This document shows, one piece after another, positions 9,976 to 19,548 of a stretch of DNA of 64,000 nt. Position 1 is the first letter of the stretch; the number at the start of each line of letters is the position of its first letter. The translations under genes were made by a program, and so were the position numbers. This stretch comes from Candidatus Poribacteria bacterium (GTDB lineage: Bacteria; Poribacteria; WGA-4E; PCPOR2b), in the NCBI GenBank assembly GCA_965215015.1, contig OZ244042.1:1344001-1408000 (forward strand). The letters are read 5' to 3'. The notes under the pieces are model-generated. The model had not been told where the DNA came from. It saw only the letters and a program-made list of their open reading frames with translations, and searched no databases.

Positions 9976-10821
9976 GCGAGATTCTTGTCGTCGTGTCTGT
10001 CCCATCCCCATCGTCGTTTTGTAGCCGGTGCCGCAATAGAACGCGAAGTCGGCGAGCAAATTTGCCAAACGTAACATCTCAGTATCCCCCTTACCATTGG
10101 GTTGACGCTCCATGAAAAATTGGTATGCACAACGTCCAACAAATCCGATCGCCTTATGTTTGCCGAAATCGAGCATCCGGCTTTTGCTCTCTACTGCGGT
10201 CAGCCCGGCGTAACGTGCCACGAAATCGAGAAGGGGCTGCTTATCAATCTGCATCGGGGCGAAGATATTCCATTTGTTGACCCAACTTTGATAGCAGCGC
10301 ACGAGGCTTATATGCGATTGATTGCGCGTTTTTTGCCCACGCGGCGACAGTTCCCTAAAGGCAGTCGGCGAATGGAATCGTACCTGCAGCCGAGGGGCTG
10401 TCCTCGTAGATTCAATCAGATCCTCGTAGGTAGTATTTCCGCTCCAAGCGTTCGTTTCTGTCCTAGATGCAACCAAGCGACTGAGTTGGAAGGTTGCCCT
10501 CCCGAGGCGAATGGATGGCAGTTGCTGCGTAAAGAAGGCGTTGCCGAAGTGGGCGAAAAGTGCATCGTCAAGGAATGTGAAGCGAAGCCAGCATTCTGTC
10601 CCAGCGCGGATTCGCAGGAAATTACCACGTCGCTCCCCTTTGCTAATCAGTGGCGAAACGGTGAACGGTTTCTGCCCTGAGGTCGCGTGGACTTCCTCCG
10701 CTTTTTCTGGGTTGCCAATTCGCAACAGTGACAGGAGCGCGGCGTGGGCGTGGTGGCCCATCGTCGGACGTAGGATGGCATCTTCGGGGGGAATGAGGTA
10801 AATGACGGTGCTGATGGGCAT
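9964..10821 (-). CDS. cas6: CRISPR-associated endoribonuclease Cas6
   Basis: C-terminal G-loop YCGTGYKTTMGMGQ; KPFTVSPL; FHSPTAF. Confidence 0.96.
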   Translation of the reverse strand: MPISTVIYLIPPEDAILRPTMGHHAHAALLSLLRIGNPEKAEEVHATSGQKPFTVSPLISKGERRGNFLRIRAGTECWLRFTFLDDALFAHFGNAFFTQQLPSIRLGRATFQLSRLVASRTETNAWSGNTTYEDLIESTRTAPRLQVRFHSPTAFRELSPRGQKTRNQSHISLVRCYQSWVNKWNIFAPMQIDKQPLLDFVARYAGLTAVESKSRMLDFGKHKAIGFVGRCAYQFFMERQPNGKGDTEMLRLANLLADFAFYCGTGYKTTMGMGQTRRQESRLQD

Positions 10822-10832
10822 GGTAAGCCTTT

Positions 10833-11531
10833 CTAATCAGTTGAGTTCGCAAAGTATCTCATTGTGGCTGGCAAACAAACGGTCTCTTGCTCGCTCTGAA
10901 ACGCGACATACTCACCTGTCAAAGTCACATTTTGAAGTAGACTAACCGGCGGCATTGAAATGAGATCATAGAGTTGTGGTCGAATCGAAAGATCTAGCGG
11001 ATTCAATAAGTGAGAACATGTAAATTTACCTCGTTGAATGGTTAATTCTTGACAATCTTTGATTTCGATTTTTGCCTTGCTCATCCATAATCCTAATCGA
11101 ATCCACCCCGGCACCCGTTCGGGCAATTCACCGACGATGAAAAACTCAAACTCGCTCTCCGGCGCAAGTTCCTTCGCCTTGCCGAAAGATGGTTTGTTCG
11201 TCACCGTGATCCCTAACTCCCTTTTTCGCTTATTTCCGACGGTTGAAAATGGACGATGTCGATTGTCTGCGAATTTGAAAGTGCTGATTACATAATCGTA
11301 ATGAATTGGTTTGGCGGGTGTTATATAAACACCTGCCGCATTGATTGGTGTAAGATCCTCCTGATAAGTTGGAATGCTGTCAAGTGACCTATACGGCTTT
11401 TGGCTCAAGCCGAGCGCATACGTCAACGCCCAATTGTGGATGACCTTTTCCGTCTCGTACAGGCGCCCCATCTCACGAGTCGCGTAGTAGAGCGAATCGT
11501 GCAGGATAAGACGACATCTCGTAACTTGCAC
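10833..11531 (-). CDS. csc1: Type I-D Cas5 (Csc1)
   Basis: LHDSLYYATREMGRLYETE, IHNWALTYALG, WIRLGLWMSKA. Confidence 0.95.
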   Translation of the reverse strand: MQVTRCRLILHDSLYYATREMGRLYETEKVIHNWALTYALGLSQKPYRSLDSIPTYQEDLTPINAAGVYITPAKPIHYDYVISTFKFADNRHRPFSTVGNKRKRELGITVTNKPSFGKAKELAPESEFEFFIVGELPERVPGWIRLGLWMSKAKIEIKDCQELTIQRGKFTCSHLLNPLDLSIRPQLYDLISMPPVSLLQNVTLTGEYVAFQSEQETVCLPATMRYFANSTD

Positions 11532-11552
11532 CGGTCCCTCCTACTTTTTCTT

Positions 11553-12548
11553 TTAGTTTGATGCCTTTTGAATCACTCGTTTGGAGTATTCCTGCGTCTC
11601 GGCGTTTGCCTCCTGCAAGAATTGATGAAGTTTTTCTTCATCCGTCATTGCCGCCTTAACGATACCAAGTAACTTTCGCAGGTTGTCTCCCTCAAGTAAA
11701 TGGTAGTTCACACTGTCATCCTTCAAGAGCTCGGATATAGTTGATTGAGCCCTTTGAAAAACTTTCGCAGGATTCAGCAGCGCATCGTCCTTGGCGTTGC
11801 CCAACGCATCGTGGATTGCTTGCGTGAGTTTAAGATTTGAAAAGATCTCACCATCAGCAAATACCGCTCCGACGATATGATTGGCAAGTCGGCCGGTTCG
11901 CGTCGTCTGCGCGCCGTAACGTTTCGTTCGCAGCACATTGTTCAAAACGTAGGCGAAACTGTTGACCGTTACATCCTTAATGGTAATGACAGAGGGAAAG
12001 AAAACTTGTGGTACGATATGGTCTTGCTCTCCGAAACCAGATTGTTGTGTGCCCTCCTGAGTCATTGTCCCTTTTTCATAGAGCGCATTAAACGTAAACT
12101 GCTGATGCGATTTATCATAACCCGTAATTGAATAGGCGGTATCAACATACACCTTTGATTTTTCGGAACCGGATTCGCCAATCGCAAAACCGTAGTAAAT
12201 GCAGTCGGGGCAGGTTGTGCAGAACTTCTCATTATAATCACAGTAATTATCTTTCTCAGTATCTTCATTCTGTGTAATACCTATGCTTCTCAGCAATTCA
12301 CGTCCGGTAAGTCGTTCTGGCGAACTCTGTTTTCGCTTGAACATTGCAAGGCGGATGAGCGGCTTACCATTTTGCAAACCTCCATTGACCTTAGCAAGGT
12401 TGAGCGTACCATCTGTTTGAAAGACGGAAAATGACTCCGTTTCACGAATCATAATCAGATGGGCATAATGCCCTGTCGGAGCTTTCGGAATTTGATTCAA
12501 AAAACTATTTTCGGGAACGAGATCTTTCGGGATTTCAATTATCGGCAT
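11553..12548 (-). CDS. csc2: Type I-D Cas7 (Csc2)
   Basis: KRKQSSPERLTGRELLR, CxxCPDCIYYGFAIG, RYGAQTTRTG. Confidence 0.95.
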   Translation of the reverse strand: MPIIEIPKDLVPENSFLNQIPKAPTGHYAHLIMIRETESFSVFQTDGTLNLAKVNGGLQNGKPLIRLAMFKRKQSSPERLTGRELLRSIGITQNEDTEKDNYCDYNEKFCTTCPDCIYYGFAIGESGSEKSKVYVDTAYSITGYDKSHQQFTFNALYEKGTMTQEGTQQSGFGEQDHIVPQVFFPSVITIKDVTVNSFAYVLNNVLRTKRYGAQTTRTGRLANHIVGAVFADGEIFSNLKLTQAIHDALGNAKDDALLNPAKVFQRAQSTISELLKDDSVNYHLLEGDNLRKLLGIVKAAMTDEEKLHQFLQEANAETQEYSKRVIQKASN

Positions 12549-12981
12549 TGTTGTCCTCCTTTGCCTTTTTCATTTGGAATTGACGCCAATTCACCTGATA
12601 CCATGCGTTGACACCCGCATTAAAGCGGTTGCGTGCCTGACGAAGCAAAGCACGCTCGCCCTCGTAAGACACCATGAAAATCTCATCGTAGAAATACTCG
12701 ACGAAATCGTGAATTGCGGATGCTTCCTCAGCCCGGTCAAGTCGATAGCCTCCTTGGGCACTACCTGACCGAATCAGTCGCATCAAGTTATTCACTTCTC
12801 CAATCATTTGGTACTTCAGATCAGTTGGACAGATTTTCGGCTCACTGTTGATAATTACATCTTCAACCCTCGTAATCACCTTCAAGACACTGTTAGGTGT
12901 GAAATTATGCCTGCTAGTCCTGTGATTATACGTACTGTAGAACTTGAAGCATCGCTTACTAACCCCCTCAATGAAACTCAT
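12535..12981 (-). CDS. cas11d: Cas11d small subunit, internally translated in frame within cas10d (148 aa)
   Basis: GGAGGTGA SD 4 nt upstream of an in-frame ATG (MSFIEGVSKR...). Matches the known internal translation in type I-D. Confidence 0.85.
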   Translation of the reverse strand: MSFIEGVSKRCFKFYSTYNHRTSRHNFTPNSVLKVITRVEDVIINSEPKICPTDLKYQMIGEVNNLMRLIRSGSAQGGYRLDRAEEASAIHDFVEYFYDEIFMVSYEGERALLRQARNRFNAGVNAWYQVNWRQFQMKKAKEDNNADN

Positions 12982-15522
12982 TTTGTCACCTCCAACGTGT
13001 TGGTAGTTTTGAATATATCGCTCTGGAATTGATGGTTCTCCGTCACGTGGTTTCGGGAAATTGTCCCACTTGTTTTTGCGCCTAAACGCCTCCATGTAGT
13101 GAAATACATACAGCGGATCGGTATCAATATTACGGACGATTTCATTCAAGTGTTGCCACTGCGGCTTCCCGTCTTTTTGGAAAACGTCAATATTAATGTC
13201 ATAACTCGCCGCAACCTTTCGCAATGCGGGCTCAATTTCATCAATGCGAAGTTTATCCTCCCCAAGAATATGGCGTACAAAGGAATGTGGCGCGTTGAGA
13301 ACCACTGTTTCCTTCCACTCCTCGCTACTATGATAAAGCGGAATCTGCGACTCCGTCACAACGACCTTCGTATTGAACACTAACGGCATAAGCAGACCGA
13401 GAAAAGTCGGCACCGCCCATGATTCGGTATCAGTGGGGTTTTTGCCAGGCGTCGGGATTCCACAGAAGTAGAAGGTTGCAAGGTCATTAGCGTCGAACTC
13501 CATCTTGAGCAGATAATCATCATCAGGGCTCGGGATTGCGGTGTCAATAGCCATTTTATCTAAGTTGATGAAATCGTTCACTGTCATTCCTTTATGTAGG
13601 GCTTTGCGGACATCAAAGAAATTGAGATTTTTCAAGCGATGATACATAGCACCGGCAAACTCCGCTGTTTCCGTTGTAAAGAAGTAACTTGGATAAAGAT
13701 AAAGCCACTTAATTTTCACGTCGTCGTATCCTTTGCCAACCAGATTCAGTTTAGACCGTATCATAATTTGACGTAGCATCATTTCGATCTCGCACAATTC
13801 ACAGATGCCGCGAACGAGCAGTGAGGAATTGAGCAAGTTCTTGTTGCTGTAGACTTGGTTGGTAAAGATGACCGACGTTTTTTTTTGCCGGCTAGTCTCG
13901 AACGTTGACGAACAGAGCGAACAACCTGCGTTTGATCCACGTCCTTTCTTTTTTGTGTTGGTGTATTTGTCCAATTCCGCTTCAAAGTTGCGTTCAATCT
14001 CACCGTGTCCGTTGATATCAACGATTTGTTGAACATATTCGCGGAGTACCCTAAACCCTTCTTTCTCTATCTCGTGACGTTCAATTTCTTCCTCAAATGT
14101 CACCACAACCTGATTTGCAATGTCTGCAAACAAATCCTCCATCTGATTTGGGTCAAGCCCACGATTTTTCACCAGATATTTGCCTGCGAGGAAATACCAA
14201 TGTAGCGGTACTCCGCCTGCCCGATTATCGCGTGGAATTGCTTCAAAGTCGGTCTGATATTCTTGCATATCCAAGATTTTAACTATCTCAGAAGACACCA
14301 CCTCACGACTCGTTATTATACCAACATGTTTCTCAATTTCATTGAGATACTCCGCAAGTTGGTCAACCCGCATATCCTCTTCAAAATGGAGATTGACATC
14401 GGGGGAAATATCAGTCCTTTCCTGAAGTTGAAGCATCTTCTGTAGGCGCTTTCCAGCAGAGGGGGACTTGTTCTCATGGAGTATCCTGAAGCAGCCGACC
14501 CTGATGAGTTTTAACAATTGTGGAATTTGGAAGAAATCGTAATAGTAATCGGGAAACTTGAATCCCTTTCCATCTCGAGTAAATCCGTTGAGATTTTCTT
14601 CTAACCGACCGGCACAGGATGCGATGAGCTGCTTTTCAATATTCTCGGCAATTTCATCCTGCGTCGGCAAGGCAACCTCTGTGCTCGATTGTTCTCGCAA
14701 ATATGTGACGCCTGTTGGAAAAAATAGGAATGGCTCCCATCCCAGTTGGTCACGCAAGATTCTGAGTAGAGTGTTGTTAATGACGTTTGTAATCATACCG
14801 CGATTCTCGGCGAGTTTGTGATAGGCAAATTCAAGTTTTCCACCGCTGAGTATAACAAGAGATTCACGGACATTCGCCTGCTCTCGAAATCCACTCGGAT
14901 TTTTCAGGAAATAAGCGATGAGATCTGATGCCGTACACATCTTGCACAAATACTGACGTCGCCGCTTTGGCAAACGCAAATCGTAACTTCGTAAATTGAG
15001 ATTTGCACCGTATCTTTTGTGCGTGTTGAGAATGAGATATCCAATATCCCCGCGATAATCTGCGTAATCTGGACAGAATCTATCAAAATGGAGTTTCGAG
15101 ATCCATTCGTCAACGTAGGAATAAAACCGTTCGGACTTCTCTGCGTCGGAGACACTCAAATCACGGATGCCCTCAAGCTTATCGATGTCATGAAGCGAAT
15201 AAGCGATCAGATAGATCTGTTTTTCTAATTCATTTAACGGTTGCCCGGCCCTTTGTACAATCCTAAGCGTTGGGAAGATGCCGTTCAGAATATGTGTGAG
15301 CATACTTTGATCATGCTTATATGCCCAACCTGTGCTTCCTTTTGCCGGCCGGAGCGTATACTCTTCCAGCATTTGCGGCACGACCATTTCAACGTAATCT
15401 CTCAAGACGAAATTGTTTGGGCCAACGGCGTTTTTCAGCAATGCGATTTGTGCGTGGATTTCTTGTGTTTCTTGGAAACTCTCTGAAATCCCCATGAAAT
15501 CAAGTTCAAGTTGTTCAACCAT
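12535..15522 (-). CDS. cas10d: Type I-D large subunit Cas10d (Csc3) with N-terminal HD nuclease
   Basis: DQSMLTHILNG and LHDIDK HD motifs; CSLCS and CELC Zn motifs. Start moved to ATG 15522 behind SD aaggagg. Confidence 0.95.
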   Translation of the reverse strand: MVEQLELDFMGISESFQETQEIHAQIALLKNAVGPNNFVLRDYVEMVVPQMLEEYTLRPAKGSTGWAYKHDQSMLTHILNGIFPTLRIVQRAGQPLNELEKQIYLIAYSLHDIDKLEGIRDLSVSDAEKSERFYSYVDEWISKLHFDRFCPDYADYRGDIGYLILNTHKRYGANLNLRSYDLRLPKRRRQYLCKMCTASDLIAYFLKNPSGFREQANVRESLVILSGGKLEFAYHKLAENRGMITNVINNTLLRILRDQLGWEPFLFFPTGVTYLREQSSTEVALPTQDEIAENIEKQLIASCAGRLEENLNGFTRDGKGFKFPDYYYDFFQIPQLLKLIRVGCFRILHENKSPSAGKRLQKMLQLQERTDISPDVNLHFEEDMRVDQLAEYLNEIEKHVGIITSREVVSSEIVKILDMQEYQTDFEAIPRDNRAGGVPLHWYFLAGKYLVKNRGLDPNQMEDLFADIANQVVVTFEEEIERHEIEKEGFRVLREYVQQIVDINGHGEIERNFEAELDKYTNTKKKGRGSNAGCSLCSSTFETSRQKKTSVIFTNQVYSNKNLLNSSLLVRGICELCEIEMMLRQIMIRSKLNLVGKGYDDVKIKWLYLYPSYFFTTETAEFAGAMYHRLKNLNFFDVRKALHKGMTVNDFINLDKMAIDTAIPSPDDDYLLKMEFDANDLATFYFCGIPTPGKNPTDTESWAVPTFLGLLMPLVFNTKVVVTESQIPLYHSSEEWKETVVLNAPHSFVRHILGEDKLRIDEIEPALRKVAASYDINIDVFQKDGKPQWQHLNEIVRNIDTDPLYVFHYMEAFRRKNKWDNFPKPRDGEPSIPERYIQNYQHVGGDKMSFIEGVSKRCFKFYSTYNHRTSRHNFTPNSVLKVITRVEDVIINSEPKICPTDLKYQMIGEVNNLMRLIRSGSAQGGYRLDRAEEASAIHDFVEYFYDEIFMVSYEGERALLRQARNRFNAGVNAWYQVNWRQFQMKKAKEDNNADN

Positions 15523-17611
15523 TAGAATTCTCCTCCTTTGCCCAAATGTAGGGTTGAGAGTATAACAAGAGCGCGTCCTTTGAAAATACAACGCTGAATT
15601 CATTTCCATCCGGATCAAGCAGTGAAAATATGGAAAACATCATCGGTAGGCGTAATATCCGCCGTAAATCACCCACCGGCGCTTTATGAATAAGGCACAG
15701 AAGCGGTTTTACGCGCAACCGACGATTGACTCTGTTAACTGCTGGAAAATCGCCATCAATTTGAAACCCCTTGAGTGTATGCAATTGACGATAATTATCA
15801 TCAGTAAACTGCTCTCCAATCTTACGGCTTTGAGTCAGGCGAAAACGCTCTTGTTCTGAGCGATATTCGCGTAACCGCAAATAGACATCAACGTACCGAA
15901 ACTTACGGGACGGGATGTCTCGCGATTGGCATTCGCGCATAAAATTTGCCTTTTCCATGTATTCAACTTCTGCATTCTGTAACACCCACAACAGATTGTA
16001 ATCTTTGATTTCACCGTCGGTTTCGTCGATGATACCGCAGGTAAAAGGGGGTTCTCCACGAAATTGAATGACACCAGAATCAATGATTTCCGGCTGTCGC
16101 TTTTTGACAGCGAAATACCATTTCGTCGATCGCGTTTCAATATCGGTCTCGAAAATGTCGGAATAGACCTTTGTAAGTATTTCTCGCTGTGGTGCATAGT
16201 TTTCACGCAATCGTGGATGTCCCAAAGTGTTGATAATATGTGATGCGTGTAGCCAACCCCAGCACTTTCGATAGCTGCGAAAATCGTTGATGGGCGAGAA
16301 AATTCGTTTATCTTCATCCTCACTTCGCATGAGGTCAGTTAGAGTCGCCTTGTCCATTTCCGAATCCGGGGTGACGATTTGTTCAACCCGTTCGTAAACG
16401 TATTTGGGCAGAAGCGAGTGAGCAACGAAACGATTAAACTTCATAACTGTTCCATCAGGTTTTTCATATTCTGAATGCCGCCCAAGTCGTCCAAGCCTCT
16501 GAATCCACGAACCTGCATCTATTGCCTCAAAGACAAGGAAGTTGATTTTGAAGTCAACGCCGACATCCACCGTTGAGGTCCCGATGAGTAGGTCACTTTC
16601 GTAAAGAGCAAAGCGTCGTTCTTCCTGCCCGCTGAGTCCAGTACTTTCGCCAACATTCAGAGGGAAATCTCCTGCCACGTTTCGCTCTTTGAGAAACGAG
16701 GAAATCCTTTTCGCCGCTGCAACCGAGTTAACGATAATAGCCCCGCGTGAGCTCGGATTCTCAGCAAACCATTCGGCGATTTGTTGATAATGGCTTTCAA
16801 CCCATTCCTCGGTACGGCGACCTGTCGCGTGGAAATTCAAATCGAATGGCGCGCAGATTCTGTCCCAATTTACTGAATCCTGTTCGCCGGATTGATAACA
16901 CCCTTCGATGGTTTTACACCGGAGGTTCGCCTTTTCCAAACAATCCAGTAGGAGTGGGTTGGGTGTAGCAGAGAGAAAGACGAACTTTTTCTGATCAGAT
17001 TTACCACGCCTTTGCTCGATGAAATACAGCATTGTTGTCAGAACAGAGATGACTTGTGACACATCGTAAATATGAAATTCGTCAAAGACGAAAAGATCAT
17101 AAGAATCGATAATATACTGTACCAACTGATCTGGGTTTTCATATTCAGGGTTCAGGTAGTGAAAATTGGCGATCAGATTAAAAATATCAGGATTTGTAAG
17201 TAGAATTGGATTCTCTTGAGCCAAAAGTTCAATCGAGGCTTTTTGCCCGCGTAAATCCTTCAATTCTTCACGAAGTTCATACAACCGCTCCCCAAACATC
17301 TTATCACGGGCAATATCTTGCTCAAACTGCTGGCAGTATCCCTGCACTTGCCGTTCTTGATCTTTAATCAATTCGTTAGTTGGATACATGGCTAGAATTG
17401 GCCTGTCCTCGGTCAACGCGGGGAGATATGCGGCTAAACTTTTTCCGTCGCCGGTCATTGCGACGTTAAAAACAACATCAACACCAGGATCATTGATAGC
17501 CTCGTAAGTCTCAATCTGGTGTTGTCGAAGTTCAAGACCTTCAGGGCTATTTTCAATAGGCGTAGCTTCTGCCTTTCGAGAGTAAACGGGTTTGACGCTA
17601 ACTTTGATCAT
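15515..17611 (-). CDS. cas3: Type I-D Cas3' helicase (no HD domain)
   Basis: AMTGDGKS, FDEFH, LSATP, TSTVDVGVDF, QRLGRLGRH. SD ggagg before ATG 17611. Confidence 0.95.
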   Translation of the reverse strand: MIKVSVKPVYSRKAEATPIENSPEGLELRQHQIETYEAINDPGVDVVFNVAMTGDGKSLAAYLPALTEDRPILAMYPTNELIKDQERQVQGYCQQFEQDIARDKMFGERLYELREELKDLRGQKASIELLAQENPILLTNPDIFNLIANFHYLNPEYENPDQLVQYIIDSYDLFVFDEFHIYDVSQVISVLTTMLYFIEQRRGKSDQKKFVFLSATPNPLLLDCLEKANLRCKTIEGCYQSGEQDSVNWDRICAPFDLNFHATGRRTEEWVESHYQQIAEWFAENPSSRGAIIVNSVAAAKRISSFLKERNVAGDFPLNVGESTGLSGQEERRFALYESDLLIGTSTVDVGVDFKINFLVFEAIDAGSWIQRLGRLGRHSEYEKPDGTVMKFNRFVAHSLLPKYVYERVEQIVTPDSEMDKATLTDLMRSEDEDKRIFSPINDFRSYRKCWGWLHASHIINTLGHPRLRENYAPQREILTKVYSDIFETDIETRSTKWYFAVKKRQPEIIDSGVIQFRGEPPFTCGIIDETDGEIKDYNLLWVLQNAEVEYMEKANFMRECQSRDIPSRKFRYVDVYLRLREYRSEQERFRLTQSRKIGEQFTDDNYRQLHTLKGFQIDGDFPAVNRVNRRLRVKPLLCLIHKAPVGDLRRILRLPMMFSIFSLLDPDGNEFSVVFSKDALLLYSQPYIWAKEENSNG

Positions 17612-17919
17612 CCCAAGCCTCCATTTCATCAGATTTTCCAGTAACCGAGAACATGATAACATACAACCAATCACACAAACCTGCGCCTGATCGAAAAAAA
17701 ATTCCGTCGAATCTCATTTTTGTTAAAATTTTTTGGAAAGATCTGACCTATCTTGAGTTGAATGCTATAATAACGGCGTGCAGGACCGAACCTGCCCTTG
17801 GCGGTAGATGTAAGCCCCGCTTTTTTTATGAGATTCGTCTTTTCAAGAATTGGGACGAAATACTGATGGTTTTTCATGTGCAGTTATGTGCAAATTCATC
17901 AATATAAATTGTATACAGA

Positions 17920-17948
17920 ATACTAACATAACATTGGATAAAATGCAA
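17920..17948 (-). promoter_or_regulatory. Putative cas operon promoter, overlapping the mini-array target
   Basis: TTGCAT-N17-TAGTAT with extended TG on the minus strand, in an AT-rich region pointing toward cas3. Confidence 0.6.
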
Positions 17949-17996
17949 CGAAAAAATAAAGGCTCCTGCATTAACTGAGCCGGTGAGCCTCTATTG

Positions 17997-18094
17997 CCAA
18001 CTAACTCAAAATTGAGATTCTTTTAGAAACATTGCATAAAACATAATACCAACATCTTTCAATCTCGCTCTTCATCGAGAGTCTTTTCATCATG
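17997..18094 (-). ncRNA. Degenerate CRISPR mini-array (crRNA-like regulatory RNA, CreR/CreA type)
   Basis: Pseudo-repeat 18056-18094 ends in GAGATTGAAAG with a TCTCG/CGAGA stem. About 22-nt guide at 18034-18055. Second pseudo-repeat core at 18005-18024 is 17/20 identical to the array repeat. Confidence 0.78.
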
Positions 18095-18328
18095 ATAACA
18101 CAATCTGTCCTTCTTGGTCAAGAGAAGAATCAGGCATTTTGCCCTGGTGCTGGAATGCACTTTTTCACTCCAGCTTACCATCAGTATCCCTCGGAGCTGT
18201 AGAAAAAAAAACCGCATCCGTCCCGCCTTTCTTTCTTTCCAATTCCCAACCGCCAGCGAATTATGCGATCAAGCGTACTTTATGAATCCCATCTTCCAAT
18301 CTTTGATCTTCTCTCCCTCCTTTCATTC

Positions 18329-19300
18329 TTAATTCTTTCGATACACCTCTACCATCTTCTCCGCTGTCTCCACGACCCATTCCCGTAATTCCTTGGGTTC
18401 GATCACCTCTGCCTCATCTCCCCAACCCAAAACCCACCAGCCGACTTCCAGCCAGCCCGCGACTGTGGCTTCAAAACGAAGACCTCCATCAGCGTTTTCG
18501 TGTATCTGCTGTGTCGAATGCCAGCTCACCTCTCGGATGAGAGGCGCGATACGTGGCGCGAACTCAATGGCGACGTGCGTTTCCAGCCCAAGCCTAAAAT
18601 CCCAACTCTTCTCCATGTACTTTTGTACAGAGAAATCTACGGGGATTGTGTAGGGAAGATGGCTGATAAAGAGAGAGTGGATGCGGCTGATACGGAAGGT
18701 CAGAATCTGATTCAACTGTTCAGCATGTCCAATCACATACCAAGCATGTTTGCGAAACAGGATTGCATACGGTGAGAGTCGATGCTGCTCGCGCTTCCCA
18801 CTGCTGAAAGAATTATACGCCATGTTGACCTTGCGCCGTTCCCGAATCGCTTCGTATAGCTTCTCTTTATGCAGTTGTGTTTCATCGATTTGGCTGACCT
18901 GTTGATGTGGGACTTCAATTTGGGGGGCAATCTGATCTAGGGTTTGGTTTGTTTGCTTCGGTAAATCGGAGGTAATCTTATGGATGGCACTATTGAGGCC
19001 CTCTATCGCCTGCTCCCCTTCCGCTGCCTGATAAAAACGGGCTGCTGTAATGAGCGCGAGTGCCTCGTCAAAGTTAAGGTTGAGGGCAGGGAGGAAAAAG
19101 TCGGAGACCATTTCATATCCCTGTTTTCCGCGTGGAATAATCTCGATGCCCATTTCACACAGCAGGTTAATATCGCGCTGGATGGTTGCTCTGTTGACCC
19201 CAAGACGTACTGCCAACCGAGGCCGTGTCCACCGACGGGGTTGGTTGTGGATTAGGGAGGCAACTTCAAGGATCCGTGCCATCTGATATTTTCGGTACAT
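18329..19300 (-). CDS. WYL-domain transcriptional regulator (wHTH-WYL-WCX, PafB/C-like)
   Basis: LGVNRATIQRDINLL HTH, WYVIG, TFRISRI, WVLGWGDEAEVIEPKELR. Confidence 0.92.
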   Translation of the reverse strand: MYRKYQMARILEVASLIHNQPRRWTRPRLAVRLGVNRATIQRDINLLCEMGIEIIPRGKQGYEMVSDFFLPALNLNFDEALALITAARFYQAAEGEQAIEGLNSAIHKITSDLPKQTNQTLDQIAPQIEVPHQQVSQIDETQLHKEKLYEAIRERRKVNMAYNSFSSGKREQHRLSPYAILFRKHAWYVIGHAEQLNQILTFRISRIHSLFISHLPYTIPVDFSVQKYMEKSWDFRLGLETHVAIEFAPRIAPLIREVSWHSTQQIHENADGGLRFEATVAGWLEVGWWVLGWGDEAEVIEPKELREWVVETAEKMVEVYRKN

Positions 19301-19548
19301 GATTTCTTTTCGGTGCTCTTTTGGGTGTAGAAGCCTTGCTTCTAACAATAACCACTAAATTTATTGTCAACCCACTATTGCTCTGATATGTTAAAAGCAT
19401 TCACGGTGCTGCACAAGAACTGTTCACTGACAAGAACCGGTAAAGAATTGGTGGATCTTCTGGATATGCCGGACATGGAGAGTCAAGGTTTCCGAATTGT
19501 CGAGCTTTTTGACAATCTATCGCGAGGCGGTTCGACACAAGCTGAGTT

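Noticed and set aside
15523-15618. Extended N-terminus of cas10d in the ORF track (likewise cas3 to 17674)
   Set aside because: Overlaps the upstream gene or lacks an SD; downstream ATGs have strong SD sequences.
17775-17820. tRNA T-arm-like GCAGGTTCGGTCCTGC on the minus strand
   Set aside because: Loop is one base short, and there is no D-arm, proper anticodon arm or acceptor stem.
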